DNA from: Myxococcales bacterium
GTDB lineage: Bacteria > Myxococcota > Myxococcia > Myxococcales > 40CM-4-68-19
Assembly (NCBI GenBank): GCA_035655715.1
Contig: DASRTX010000197.1
Location: 1-46,290, forward strand
Length of the DNA: 46,290 nucleotides
Direction: 5' to 3'
The translations under genes were made by a program, and so were the position numbers. Positions 23,437 through 34,442 of the stretch are shown piece after piece; position 1 is the stretch's first letter, and each line of letters starts with the position of its first letter. The notes beneath the pieces are model-generated. The model made no database searches. It worked only from the letters and a program-made list of their open reading frames with translations, and had not been told where the DNA came from.

Positions 23437-23645
23437 GCGCCGGGACGTTCGGCCGTCCGGCCAACCATCCCCATGCGAGGAGGCGCAATGACATTTTTGC
23501 AGATCGGCCGCCGGGACCCGATCTGATTCTCGCGCTTCGCTCGCGATTCCCGGTCTCTGCTCTCGTGATACCAGGGGGATCTACCCGATTTTCGTAATTC
23601 TATCGATCTGCCGATTGCACATGCAATCAATACCAGAGGTGTATC

Positions 23646-24803
23646 TTGAAACGAGCAGTCGTCGTGTGTCTAGTGGCGGTAGCCGCCACAGCGCCCTCGC
23701 GCGCATTCGCACAGAGCTCCAAATTCTCGCCGAAGTTCGACGTCGTCCCGGTGGAGGTCGACAACGGTGGTTTCGTCGTCGCGGCCTTCTGGCGATACGG
23801 GATCGGATGCTTGCTCGCGCCGCCCTCCGGCGACGGGTTCGGTTGCATCAACCAGTCCGAGTCGGATTCGCGCAATGAAGGGTTGCTCCTCGTGAAGTCC
23901 AACCAGACCGTTTTTCAAGGGAAGGCCACCGCGCAGCTCAAGGGCGTCAAGGGGTCGTTCCTGTTCGAACTCGGCTACGACCTGCGCAAGGCAAACTCCG
24001 TCGAATTCTCGGATCAGGGATCGGAGTGCAACAACAACTCCCCCCGATTCGAGATCCAGATGGCCGACAACTCGAATTACTACATTCCCTGCCAACTGCC
24101 GACCGATGATCTGTCCACGTCGCTCTACTGGAGGCGGCCTGTCTGGGGCGGCGCATCGCCGCTGGTGGCCTGCATCGGGCAGGGAAGTCCCACGGCCGTG
24201 TGCACTCCCATCGAGATCGGCTGCGCGGACCCGAACGGCTGCGGAACCGACAAGCGGGTGGTGACCATGCAGATCGTCCAGGACGTCGGTCCGGACGACG
24301 AAGACAACGGTGGCATCGAGCAGTTCGGGCTCTCCGTCCTCGACAACATCGACGTGAACGGGAGACTGAAGGGCTCTGGCCCTGCAACGCGCCGTGGCGA
24401 CGAGGACGAAGGCCAGGGGCGCGACAAGGACGCCCGCGAATTCCATTTCGTCGACAGCCCGTCGGCTCCCGCGACCAGCACCTTCGACTTCACCGATCCC
24501 ATCGGCAAGAAGAGCGTGGTGGGGGTAAACGGCGCTCGCGGGATCTCCTACAGCGTCGGGCTGCTGGGCCAGCAGTGCGTGAGCTTCAGCGGGGATGCTC
24601 TGGTGAACGGCAAATCCGGTTTCAGCCACACGTTCAACGCCTGCGATCTCTCCGCGGTCGGCCTGCAACTCGGCACGTACAGCATCACCGTGACCGGCCC
24701 GCTTGGGACGCTGCCGTACACCCAGACAGGAACGCTGACCATGGGCTTCGTCGCCGTCCACGGGAGTGGATCGGGTTCGCTTCTGACCACACCGTTGCCC
24801 TGA
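23646..24803 (+). CDS. Secreted Cys-rich protein of unknown family (paralog A2)
   Basis: TTG start after AGAGG. Signal peptide MKRAVVVCLVAVAATAPSRAFA. Collinear with 3496..4662 along its full length. Confidence 0.8.
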   Translation: MKRAVVVCLVAVAATAPSRAFAQSSKFSPKFDVVPVEVDNGGFVVAAFWRYGIGCLLAPPSGDGFGCINQSESDSRNEGLLLVKSNQTVFQGKATAQLKGVKGSFLFELGYDLRKANSVEFSDQGSECNNNSPRFEIQMADNSNYYIPCQLPTDDLSTSLYWRRPVWGGASPLVACIGQGSPTAVCTPIEIGCADPNGCGTDKRVVTMQIVQDVGPDDEDNGGIEQFGLSVLDNIDVNGRLKGSGPATRRGDEDEGQGRDKDAREFHFVDSPSAPATSTFDFTDPIGKKSVVGVNGARGISYSVGLLGQQCVSFSGDALVNGKSGFSHTFNACDLSAVGLQLGTYSITVTGPLGTLPYTQTGTLTMGFVAVHGSGSGSLLTTPLP

Positions 24804-24899
24804 GCGTAGGGCGCCTCCGGGGGGTAGCAATCGGAGGCGCCAACCGAGCCGGAGGCGTACTGTGTGTGTCCCGACCACGCGGTGCGCTTCCGGCCTCGG

Positions 24900-24916
24900 C
24901 CTGACGCGGCGTCAGG
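24900..24916. repeat. 17-nt palindrome CCTGACGCGGCGTCAGG overlapping a stop codon; copy 1 of 2
   Basis: Perfect inverted repeat. An identical copy lies at 26041..26057. It sits between convergent genes and may act as a terminator hairpin. Confidence 0.7.
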
Positions 24917-25718
24917 GCAACAGCCCCTCCGCCAGCGCCTGCCGCATTACCTCCGCCAGCACGTCGAGCGAGCCGCTCGTCTCGGTGCGCAGCGTGACGA
25001 CCGTCCCCTCCTGGGATCGCGACTCGCCGCCCGCGAGGAAGGGCAGCGGCCTGCGGCCGAGCCGCAGCAGCCGCTCGTCGTAGAACGCGTCCTTCGCCTT
25101 CTCCCGGAGGCGATGCGCGAGCTCCACCATGTTGCCGGTGCTGGAGGGATGCATGCCCGGACCGAGAGAGGAAAAATCGAGCTGGTGCTCGGCGAGGTGC
25201 GTCGCGCGCCCGTCGCGCGCGTAGACGAGGATCACCTGCTCGGTGGTCTCGTCGCGCGAGTGCACGGTCTTGGTGGAACTGCGGGTCATCTTCAGCCCGC
25301 CCGTCACCACCGCGGCGGCGGCCGAGAAGCTCTTTGACTTCACCGTGCGCTCGACGTCGGACCGCGAGGCGCGCAGCCCGCGGAAGATGGCCAGCACGTC
25401 GGACCATCGGACCTGCATCGACTCGCCGGACCGCGGCACGAACGTCGCGCCGCCATCGCCGAGGGAGAACGAATGGGCGACGGTGCGGTCCTTGCTGGTC
25501 GGGACGGGAAGGGCGATGGAGAGCGCAGCGAGCCCTCCCTTTCGCAAGGAGGCGACGAGCGCGGCGGCCTGCTCGTCGTCGAGCCGCGCGAGGAGCGCCG
25601 GAGGCTCGGGCGCAAGACGCATGCGCGTCTCGGCCAGGGTGAGCCCCGATGCACCCGCCAGCACACTCGCCGCCTCACCGGGGTCCCGCGGAGCGCGCGC
25701 GATGGCGACGAGCTTCAT
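24912..25718 (-). CDS. Hypothetical protein (268 aa), gene X
   Basis: ATG 25718 overlaps the upstream stop as ATGA. High GC3. No recognised domain. The listed 385-aa ORF is an upstream run-on. Confidence 0.65.
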   Translation of the reverse strand: MKLVAIARAPRDPGEAASVLAGASGLTLAETRMRLAPEPPALLARLDDEQAAALVASLRKGGLAALSIALPVPTSKDRTVAHSFSLGDGGATFVPRSGESMQVRWSDVLAIFRGLRASRSDVERTVKSKSFSAAAAVVTGGLKMTRSSTKTVHSRDETTEQVILVYARDGRATHLAEHQLDFSSLGPGMHPSSTGNMVELAHRLREKAKDAFYDERLLRLGRRPLPFLAGGESRSQEGTVVTLRTETSGSLDVLAEVMRQALAEGLLP

Positions 25719-25981
25719 GGCTGCGCTGCCATGCCTTCTTCCGCGTCGCCTTCGCAGGAGCCCAGCGCGAGCCGCACGGACCACGAGGAGGCTACCAGCA
25801 CCTCGACGCGTGCCGGATCGAGCCGGTCGATCTCCTGCTGGACCAGGTTGCGCCCCGCAGGCGCCACCTCGGACCGGTCGCGGCGCATCATCTCCGCCAC
25901 CACCGCCGGGCGGCGGTTCGCGACGGATCCGGAGAGGGTCTCCAGGACCGCCCACGCGCGCAGCGTGATGCGTCGTCTCAT
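25715..25981 (-). CDS. Hypothetical small protein (88 aa), translationally coupled to gene X
   Basis: ATG 25981, high GC3, and a stop overlapping the downstream ATG (ATGA at 25715..25718). The RBS is weak. Confidence 0.45.
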   Translation of the reverse strand: MRRRITLRAWAVLETLSGSVANRRPAVVAEMMRRDRSEVAPAGRNLVQQEIDRLDPARVEVLVASSWSVRLALGSCEGDAEEGMAAQP

Positions 25982-26052
25982 CGGAGCAGCCACCGATAGC
26001 GAACCTTGGGCGCAGGCGCAACCAGGAAGACGCCTCGAAGCCTGACGCGGCG

Positions 26053-26250
26053 TCAGGGCCGGAGCCCATCCGCCAGCGCCTGCAGCATCAGCTTCGCCAG
26101 CACGCCTAGCGAGCCGCTCGTCTCGGTACGCATGGCCGTCCCCTCCTGGGACCGCGCCTCGCCGCTCGCGAGGAACGGCAAGGGCCCGCAACCGAGCCGC
26201 AGCAACCGCTCGTCGTAGAACGCATACTTCGCCTCGGCGAGGTGGGCACG
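26053..26250 (-). pseudogene. Truncated paralog of gene X (3' ~62 codons plus palindrome)
   Basis: Reads AKYAFYDERLLRLGCGPLPFLASGEARSQEGTAMRTETSGSLGVLAKLMLQALADGLRP*, against gene X DAFYDERLLRLGRRPLPFLAGGESRSQEGTVVTLRTETSGSLDVLAEVMRQALAEGLLP*. There is no usable start codon and an in-frame TAA at 26293. Confidence 0.7.
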
Positions 26251-26252
26251 AC

Positions 26253-26573
26253 CTATCGCCTCCCACTTGCGAGAGGAGCCCTGGCGTTTCCGTTACTTGA
26301 GGAGTCATCCTTCAACTTGCTCCCCAGGCCGCGTTCGTCGCTGTCGGTGAAAGGGCTTCCGTCGACCTTCCAAACCCCTTCAAGCTTATCGACGGAGCCC
26401 ACGAAGAAATGAATGGAACCGTCCTTTTGGAACATCACATTCGTGCATTCAACTCCTCGCGCGGGACCGGTCTGCTTCCCAGCATACCGCCTCCATGACT
26501 TGGAACGGAAAAACGATTCCTGATGCAGGTCCTTCGAGATCGCGTGTAAGTTGTAACAAAAGGTAGCGTCGAT
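26253..26573 (-). other. Low-GC open frame without a convincing start; probable gene remnant
   Basis: Frame is open 26253..26573 (…SKDLHQESFFRSKSWRRYAGKQ…MFQKDGSIHFFVGSVDKLEGVWKVDGSPF…). Only GTG/ATG at 26438/26435 are available and no SD is present. GC is visibly lower than the surroundings. The frame ends exactly at the junction with the gene X fragment. Confidence 0.3.
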
Positions 26574-28316
26574 TTAGGCCGATGTGTCCTTGTTTAGCAT
26601 GCCATTAGGGCTCGCGCCGGCATGTCAGACCCCTCTGGTACGGTCAGGACACGATGGATCCTGCGGGCACCAGTCTCGGAGAACCGCTCGAGAAACTCGC
26701 TGCAGCCGCGTCGCTTCTCCAGTGGCCGCTGCCGCGAGAGCGCGACGAGGCCGTGTGTTACGAGGCCGTGCGGGTGATCGACGCGCTCCTCGTGCGGGTC
26801 GCGCGCGGTCGCGGGGCGCTTGACATCGCCATCGCTGAAGGGCTCGACGCGCTCTGCGTCGGCGATCGCGTGCTCCGGCTCGGGTATGCGGGCATCGGCG
26901 ACTACGCGCGTGAACGGCTGGGAATCGCGGCGAGCACCGCGCACAAAATGGTACGGCTTGCGCGTGGGCTTCGCGAGCGGGCTCTGCTGCGCGCTGCGGT
27001 CCGCGCCGGCGAGGTGAGCGTCCGCCGGGCCGAGGCCGTCCTTCCTGTCGCAAGAGGCGAGGCCGAAGCGGGCTGGGTGGCGCGTGCGCGGTGCGAGACG
27101 GTGCGCGCCCTGAAGGCCGCCGCAAGGGATTGCGGCCATCTACAGCCCGAAGACGAAGAGCAGTGGACGCACATCCGGATGCAAGTGCCGCCGGATGTCC
27201 GGCCGGTCGTCGACGAGGCCATGGCGCTCGCGGGTAAACTGCTCGGCGCGGCGGCCCCGCGATGGCAGAGGCTCGAGGCGCTCTGCGAAGAGTATCTCGG
27301 TGGCGCGGAATTGGTGGAAGGGACAGGTGCGGCCGCGCCGCCGTTCTCGAACCGCGACCTGCTCGAACCCGCCAAGGAATGGCTGGAGAAGGAGAGCGCG
27401 CAATGGGCGTTCCTGGACGAGCCGCAGCCAGTGGAGGCGCCTTCGATCGACCCCGCGGCGACGTTCGATCCGCGGCTCCTCGATTCGGAGCTTCGCAGGC
27501 TGGCGAACCTGCGCGACCGGTGGGACGAGGTCTTCGGGCACCTCGCGATGCTGTTCCGGGCCGTCGACGGCTGGCGCCGGGCGAGCTTCGCGTCCTTCGA
27601 GCATTACTGCACCGAGCGGTTGGGGATGGCTGAACGCGCGGTCGCGCAGAGGATCGCGCTGGAGCGCAGACTCTACGACTTGCCGGTCCTGCGCGAAGCG
27701 ATGCGCGAGCGGCGCATCTCCTACGAGAAGGCGCGGCTGATCGCGCGGTATGCAGATGGCTCGTGCGCCAGCGAGTGGATCGAGCGGGCGGCGCGGATGA
27801 CCTGCGTCGGGTTGCGCCGCGAACTCCAGAGTGCCGAGGAGGCGCAGATGTGCGCGCGGGGTGAGCTCGACGTCCACCTGCCGCGTCGCCTCGTCGGATT
27901 GGTCGCCCTGGCGGTCCAGGCGGCGAGGAAGGCAGTCGGGCACCATGTTTCGAACGGCGAATGCCTCGGAATCATTGCCAGGCACTTTGTCGAGGTGTGG
28001 AAGCCGGCGCTGGCGGAGCGGAGCAGCGTGCAGAAGGAGGTCCTCGAGCGGGACGACGGCTTGTGTCGCGCTCCCGGGTGCAGCCGTGCGGCGGCGCACG
28101 TGCATCACGTCGTCTATCGGTCGGCCGGTGGGACGGACGATCCCGGGAACCTCGTCAGCCTCTGCGCGCCACACCGTCTTCACGGCGTGCACATGGGTTA
28201 CGTACGTGTTCGTGGTAAAGCCCCCGACGCGCTGCAATGGCAGCTGGGCATGCGATGGGCGATCGACGCGGAGGGGACCAGGCGACGGCACCGGGTGGTA
28301 GGTTTCCCAAGAGCGC

Positions 28317-29426
<1,110 letters not shown>

Positions 29427-29475
29427 GTCAAGGCCTCCGAGCAGTTTGTCAGCCCCGCTGTTACACTTGGCGGCC

Positions 29476-31590
29476 ATGCCGTTCAAGCTGCGCAGCGACT
29501 ACAAACCGCAGGGAGACCAGCCCCGGGCCATCGCCGAGCTCACCGCCGGCATCCGGCGCGGCGACAAGAACCAGACCCTGCTCGGGGTCACCGGCTCGGG
29601 CAAGACCTTCAGCGTCGCCAACGTGGTGGCGCAGGTGCAGCGGCCCACGCTGGTGATCGCCCACAACAAGACGCTGGCCGGCCAGCTCTACGGTGAATTC
29701 AAGGATCTCTTTCCGGAGAACGCGGTGGAGTTCTTCGTCAGCTACTACGACTACTACCAGCCGGAGGCGTACGTGCCGTCGTCGGACACGTACATCGAGA
29801 AGGACTCCACCATCAACGACGAGATCGACCGGCTGCGCCACTCGGCCACCCACTCGCTGCTCACGCGCAACGACGTGCTCATCGTCGCCAGCGTGAGCTG
29901 CATCTATGGCCTGGGCACCGCCGAGGCGTACTACGAGCTCAAGGTGGCGCTGCAGACCGGCGAGGAGTACCCGCGCCACAAGCTGCTGCGCGACCTGGTG
30001 GAGATCCAGTACGAGCGCAACGACCACGACTTCTCGCGCGGCACCTTCCGGGTGAAGGGCGACACCATCGAGATCTTCCCCGCCTACGAGGAGGAGCGCG
30101 CCATCCGCGTGCAGCTGTTCGGCGACACGGTGGAGAGCATCAAGGAGATCGATCCGCTGCGCGGGAAGGTGCTGGGCACGCTGGAGAAGATGTCGATCTT
30201 TCCCTCCAGCCACTACGTGACCTCGACCGAGCGGCGCAAGCTGGCGCTGGACTCCATCCGCGAGGAGTTGCGCGAGCGGCTGACCTACCTGCGCGCGCAG
30301 GACAAGCTCCTGGAGGCGCAGCGGCTGGAGCAGCGAACCATGTTCGATCTGGAGATGATCGAGCAGATGGGCTTCTGCAACGGCATCGAGAACTACTCGC
30401 GGCACCTGAGCGGGCGAAAGGCCGGCGAGCCGCCGCCGTGCCTGCTCGACTACTTTCCCAAGGACTTCCTCCTGGTCATCGACGAGTCGCACCAGAGCAT
30501 CCCGCAGATCGGCGCCATGTACCGCGGTGACCGCTCGCGCAAGGAGACGCTGGTCGAGTACGGGTTCCGGCTGCCCTCCGCGCTGGACAACCGGCCGCTG
30601 CAGTTTGGCGAGTTCGAGCGCCTGGTGAACCAGTCGATCTTCGTCTCCGCGACGCCGGCGGAGTACGAGCTGCAGAAGAGCGAAGGCGTGATCGTGGAGC
30701 AGATCATCCGGCCCACCGGGCTGGTCGATCCGCAGGTCGAGGTCCGGCCGGTGGCGCAGCAGGTGGACGATCTGCTGGAGGAGCTGCGCAAGCGCGCCGC
30801 CAAGGGCGAACGCGTGCTGGTCACCACCCTGACCAAGCGCATGGCGGAGGATCTGACCGAGTACTTCGCCGACCTGGGCGTGCGCGTGCGCTACATGCAC
30901 TCCGACATCGACACGCTGGAGCGGCTGGCGCTGGTGCGCGACCTGCGCCGCGGGCTCTTCGACGTGCTCATCGGCATCAACCTGCTGCGGGAGGGCCTGG
31001 ACATCCCCGAGGTCTCGCTGGTGGCGGTGCTCGACGCGGACAAGGAAGGGTTCCTGCGATCTTCCGTCTCCTTGATCCAGACCATCGGGCGCGCGGCGCG
31101 CAACGTGGAGGGCAGGGTCATCCTCTACGCCGACACCGTCACCGCCTCGATGAAGGCCGCCCTGGAGGAGACCGACCGGCGCCGCACCAAGCAGCTCGCC
31201 TGGAACAAGGAGCACGGCATCACGCCGCAGTCGGTGAAGCGGGCCATCCTCGACATGGCGATCCACGGCATCGCCTCGGGCGCGGACGATGCCTTGGCCG
31301 GCAAGGAAGAGCTCGCGGGCTACCTGCCCGAGGACCGCAAGGACGTGCCGAAGATGATCGCGAAGCTCGAGAAGGAGATGCACGAGAAGGCGGAAGACCT
31401 GGACTTCGAGGCCGCGGCGATGATCCGCGACAAGATCCAGGCCATCAAGGATCTCGATCTGGGGATCATGCCCAAGCGGCCCGAGGTGCTGAAGCAGGAG
31501 GCGCGCGCGGCGGCGGGCTTGCCGACGCGACCCGCCGGCCAGAAGCGCCGCGGCCGGCCCAACGGAAGGCCGGGTTCGCAGCGCCGGTAA
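29476..31590 (+). CDS. uvrB: Excinuclease ABC subunit B
   Basis: [19 protein letters not shown]...GVTGSGKTF...[10 protein letters not shown], with a C-terminal UVR domain ([11 protein letters not shown]). Confidence 0.95.
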   Translation: MPFKLRSDYKPQGDQPRAIAELTAGIRRGDKNQTLLGVTGSGKTFSVANVVAQVQRPTLVIAHNKTLAGQLYGEFKDLFPENAVEFFVSYYDYYQPEAYVPSSDTYIEKDSTINDEIDRLRHSATHSLLTRNDVLIVASVSCIYGLGTAEAYYELKVALQTGEEYPRHKLLRDLVEIQYERNDHDFSRGTFRVKGDTIEIFPAYEEERAIRVQLFGDTVESIKEIDPLRGKVLGTLEKMSIFPSSHYVTSTERRKLALDSIREELRERLTYLRAQDKLLEAQRLEQRTMFDLEMIEQMGFCNGIENYSRHLSGRKAGEPPPCLLDYFPKDFLLVIDESHQSIPQIGAMYRGDRSRKETLVEYGFRLPSALDNRPLQFGEFERLVNQSIFVSATPAEYELQKSEGVIVEQIIRPTGLVDPQVEVRPVAQQVDDLLEELRKRAAKGERVLVTTLTKRMAEDLTEYFADLGVRVRYMHSDIDTLERLALVRDLRRGLFDVLIGINLLREGLDIPEVSLVAVLDADKEGFLRSSVSLIQTIGRAARNVEGRVILYADTVTASMKAALEETDRRRTKQLAWNKEHGITPQSVKRAILDMAIHGIASGADDALAGKEELAGYLPEDRKDVPKMIAKLEKEMHEKAEDLDFEAAAMIRDKIQAIKDLDLGIMPKRPEVLKQEARAAAGLPTRPAGQKRRGRPNGRPGSQRR

Positions 31591-31593
31591 CGC

Positions 31594-33777
31594 ATGCTCT
31601 CCGAAGAGCTGAAGCAGAAGCTCGACACGCTGCCCACCCAGCCCGGCGTGTACGTGATGAAGGACAAGGCCGGCGAGGTGGTCTACGTCGGCAAGGCGGT
31701 GAGCCTGCGCGCGCGTGTGGGGCAGTACTTCCAGGAGCGCAGCAGCGACACGCGGGCGTTCATCCCTTTCCTGGAAGACCTGCTCGGCGACGTGGAGGTG
31801 GTGATCACGCCGTCCGAGAAGGACGCGCTGCTGCTCGAGAACGAGCTGATCAAGAAGCACCGGCCGCGCTTCAACATCAAGCTGCGCGACGACAAGAACT
31901 TCATCTCGCTGCGGCTCTCCACCACCCACCCGTATCCGCGGCTGGAGGTGGTGCGGCGGGTGAAGAAGGACGGCGCGCGCTACTTCGGTCCCTTCGCCAG
32001 CGCCTCGTCGATTCGCGAGACACTGAGCATCGTCAATCGCCATTTCCAGCTGCGCACCTGCACCGACTCGGTGATGCAGAATCGCCGGCGCCCGTGCCTG
32101 CAGTACCAGATCAAGCGCTGCCCCGCGCCCTGCGTATACGCCGTGCCGCAGGACGAGTACCGGCGCTCCGCCGACGAGGTGGCGCTCTTCCTCGAGGGCA
32201 AGGCCGACGAGCTGACCTCGCAGCTCCACGGCCGCATGAAGGACGCCGCCGGGAAGCTGGAGTACGAGCGCGCGGCCCAGCTGCGCGACCAGCTCCACGC
32301 CATCGATCGCAGCCTGGAGAAGCAGCGCACGGTGCTGGGCGACCTGCTCGACCAGGACGTGCTCGGCTTCCACCGCGTGGGGCCGGCGCTGGAGATCCAC
32401 CTGCTCTTCTTCCGCAACGGCCGGCTCACAGGCGGCCGCAGCTTCGGCTTTTCCCGGCAGGAGTTCCCCACCGGAGAGCTGCTCAGCAGCTTCCTCGACC
32501 AGTATTACGAGTCGGGCGCCTTCATCCCCAAGGAGCTGGTGCTGCCCTTCGCGTTGGGCGACGACGACATGCGCGAGGTGTGGCTGAGCGAGAAGAAGGG
32601 CGAGCGCGTCCGGGTGCACGTGCCCGAGCGCGGCGAAAAGGTGCGCCTTTTGGAGATGGCGATGGAGAACGCGCGCCAGAGCTACGAGGAGAAGGCGCGA
32701 TCGCAGCAGAGCTCCGCGGAATCGCTGACCCGGCTGCAGTCCCGCCTGCGCTTGCCGCGGCTGCCGCGCCGCATCGAGTGCTTCGACATCTCCACCTTCC
32801 AGGGACAGCTGACGGTGGGCTCGCAGGTGGTCTTCATCGACGGCGAGCCCGACAAGAGCGGATACCGGCTCTTCAAGGTGCGCGGCGACGCCGCCGGCGA
32901 CGACTTCGCCTCCATGTTCCAGGTGCTGTCGCGCAGGCTCAAGCGCGGCATCGAGGAGAAGAACCTGCCCGACCTGCTGGTCATCGACGGCGGCAAGGGG
33001 CAGCTCAACGTCGCGCGCGCGGCGCTCAAGGAGCTGGGGCTGACGCTTGCGGACGTGCCGCTCGCCGGGCTGGCCAAGAGCCGCGTGCTGGAGAACGAGG
33101 CGCGCTTCGCGGCCCGGCAGGGATTCCAGCTCGCCGAGGCGTGGGCGGAAAAGGCGGGGCCGGAGCCCGAGGTTCCGCAGATCGCCGAGGCCGCCGTGCC
33201 GGCGCCGCCGTCGCCGCGGGGCGGTCGCTCGCGGCAGAAGGGCCGGTTCGTGCAGGACGCCATCGAGCGCAGCCCGGAGCGCGTGTTCCTGCCGGGGCAG
33301 AAGAACCCGGTGGTCCTGCGCCAGAACACCAGCGAGCTGCACCTGCTCACGCGGCTGCGCGACGAGGCGCACCGGTTCGCCATCACCTTCCACCGCAAGC
33401 TGCGGCGCGAGCGCAACTTCCGCTCGATGCTGGAGGAGATTCCCGGCATCGGCGACAAGCGCAAGCGCGCGCTGCTCTCGCACTTCGGCTCACTCAAGCG
33501 CATCCGCGCGGCGAGCCCGGAGGAGATCGCGCAGGTGGAAGGCTTCAACCTCCAGCTCGCCGAGCGCGTGCAGCGTTTCCTCGCCGCGCAGTCCGCCGAG
33601 TCCGAGGCGCAGGAGGCGGCGCAGGGCGGGGCCGAGCTGGACGGCGGCGCGCAGCCAGACGCGGGACCATTGGATGGCGCGCTGCTGCACGACCGAGAAG
33701 ACGTGGCCTTCGACGCGGCGGCAGCGGAGCTGGAGGCGCTGGAAGAGGAAGACGCGCCGGAGCCGGTGGAGACGTAA
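31594..33777 (+). CDS. uvrC: Excinuclease ABC subunit C
   Basis: GIY-YIG N-terminus (PGVYVMKD..GEVVYVGKA), UVR motif (YERAAQLRDQL) and RDEAHRFAI. Starts 3 nt after the uvrB stop. Carries an internal insertion and an acidic tail. Confidence 0.93.
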   Translation: MLSEELKQKLDTLPTQPGVYVMKDKAGEVVYVGKAVSLRARVGQYFQERSSDTRAFIPFLEDLLGDVEVVITPSEKDALLLENELIKKHRPRFNIKLRDDKNFISLRLSTTHPYPRLEVVRRVKKDGARYFGPFASASSIRETLSIVNRHFQLRTCTDSVMQNRRRPCLQYQIKRCPAPCVYAVPQDEYRRSADEVALFLEGKADELTSQLHGRMKDAAGKLEYERAAQLRDQLHAIDRSLEKQRTVLGDLLDQDVLGFHRVGPALEIHLLFFRNGRLTGGRSFGFSRQEFPTGELLSSFLDQYYESGAFIPKELVLPFALGDDDMREVWLSEKKGERVRVHVPERGEKVRLLEMAMENARQSYEEKARSQQSSAESLTRLQSRLRLPRLPRRIECFDISTFQGQLTVGSQVVFIDGEPDKSGYRLFKVRGDAAGDDFASMFQVLSRRLKRGIEEKNLPDLLVIDGGKGQLNVARAALKELGLTLADVPLAGLAKSRVLENEARFAARQGFQLAEAWAEKAGPEPEVPQIAEAAVPAPPSPRGGRSRQKGRFVQDAIERSPERVFLPGQKNPVVLRQNTSELHLLTRLRDEAHRFAITFHRKLRRERNFRSMLEEIPGIGDKRKRALLSHFGSLKRIRAASPEEIAQVEGFNLQLAERVQRFLAAQSAESEAQEAAQGGAELDGGAQPDAGPLDGALLHDREDVAFDAAAAELEALEEEDAPEPVET

Positions 33778-33919
33778 GCGGCGCGCGTGCTCGCGCACAT
33801 CTGCCCCTGACAGGGCCGTCGTTTCGATGCCGCAGTGCACTGTTTTTCCTTGCCCGCTGGGAATACCTGTCCTACAAGGTCGCCTCCGCAGGCGTGTGTG
33901 CCGAAAGGACCGAGAAGCG

Positions 33920-34438
33920 ATGAAGCTCTACCCCAAGATCATCCCAGCCATCGCCCGCGACGTCATCGCATCGCTGATGGCGGACGGTGACATCGAGGTG
34001 GAGACGATGCGGGTGGCGGACGCCGAGATGGACATGGCCGCCATCCTCAAGGAATACCTCGCGTCCGAAGAGCGGGTGAACCAGGCCACCCGCGAAGCGC
34101 TCGAGCGCCGCGGCTACGACCATTCGCGCTTCAATCAGGTGAAGCGCGAGATGGCCGACGTGCGCGGCTTCAAGATGGGCGACGAAGGAATCGACTACAT
34201 CATCAACCAGATGATCGAATTCCTGCTCATCTCCCGCAATGTCGAGGAAGTCTTCGCGGAGGACCATTCCATCCGCCGCAAGATCTACCAGGTGTTCAAG
34301 AAGCACCTCGACGTGGACGAGGACATCGACCGCGAGGCGCGCAGCCGCCTCAAGCACCTCTCCGAAGGCACGCAGGCCTGGGAGGTGGAGTACCAGAAGA
34401 CGGTCGAGCAGATCCGCCGGAACAAGGGCCTGCTCTAG
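33920..34438 (+). CDS. DUF507-like protein
   Basis: 172 aa, MKLYPKIIPAIARDVIASLMADGDIEVE... Charged helical protein. Family assignment is from memory of the N-terminal pattern. Confidence 0.55.
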   Translation: MKLYPKIIPAIARDVIASLMADGDIEVETMRVADAEMDMAAILKEYLASEERVNQATREALERRGYDHSRFNQVKREMADVRGFKMGDEGIDYIINQMIEFLLISRNVEEVFAEDHSIRRKIYQVFKKHLDVDEDIDREARSRLKHLSEGTQAWEVEYQKTVEQIRRNKGLL

Positions 34439-34442
34439 TCTT

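Noticed and set aside
29461-33483. 1340-aa minus-strand ORF
   Set aside because: It lies antisense to uvrB and uvrC and has a low-complexity composition.
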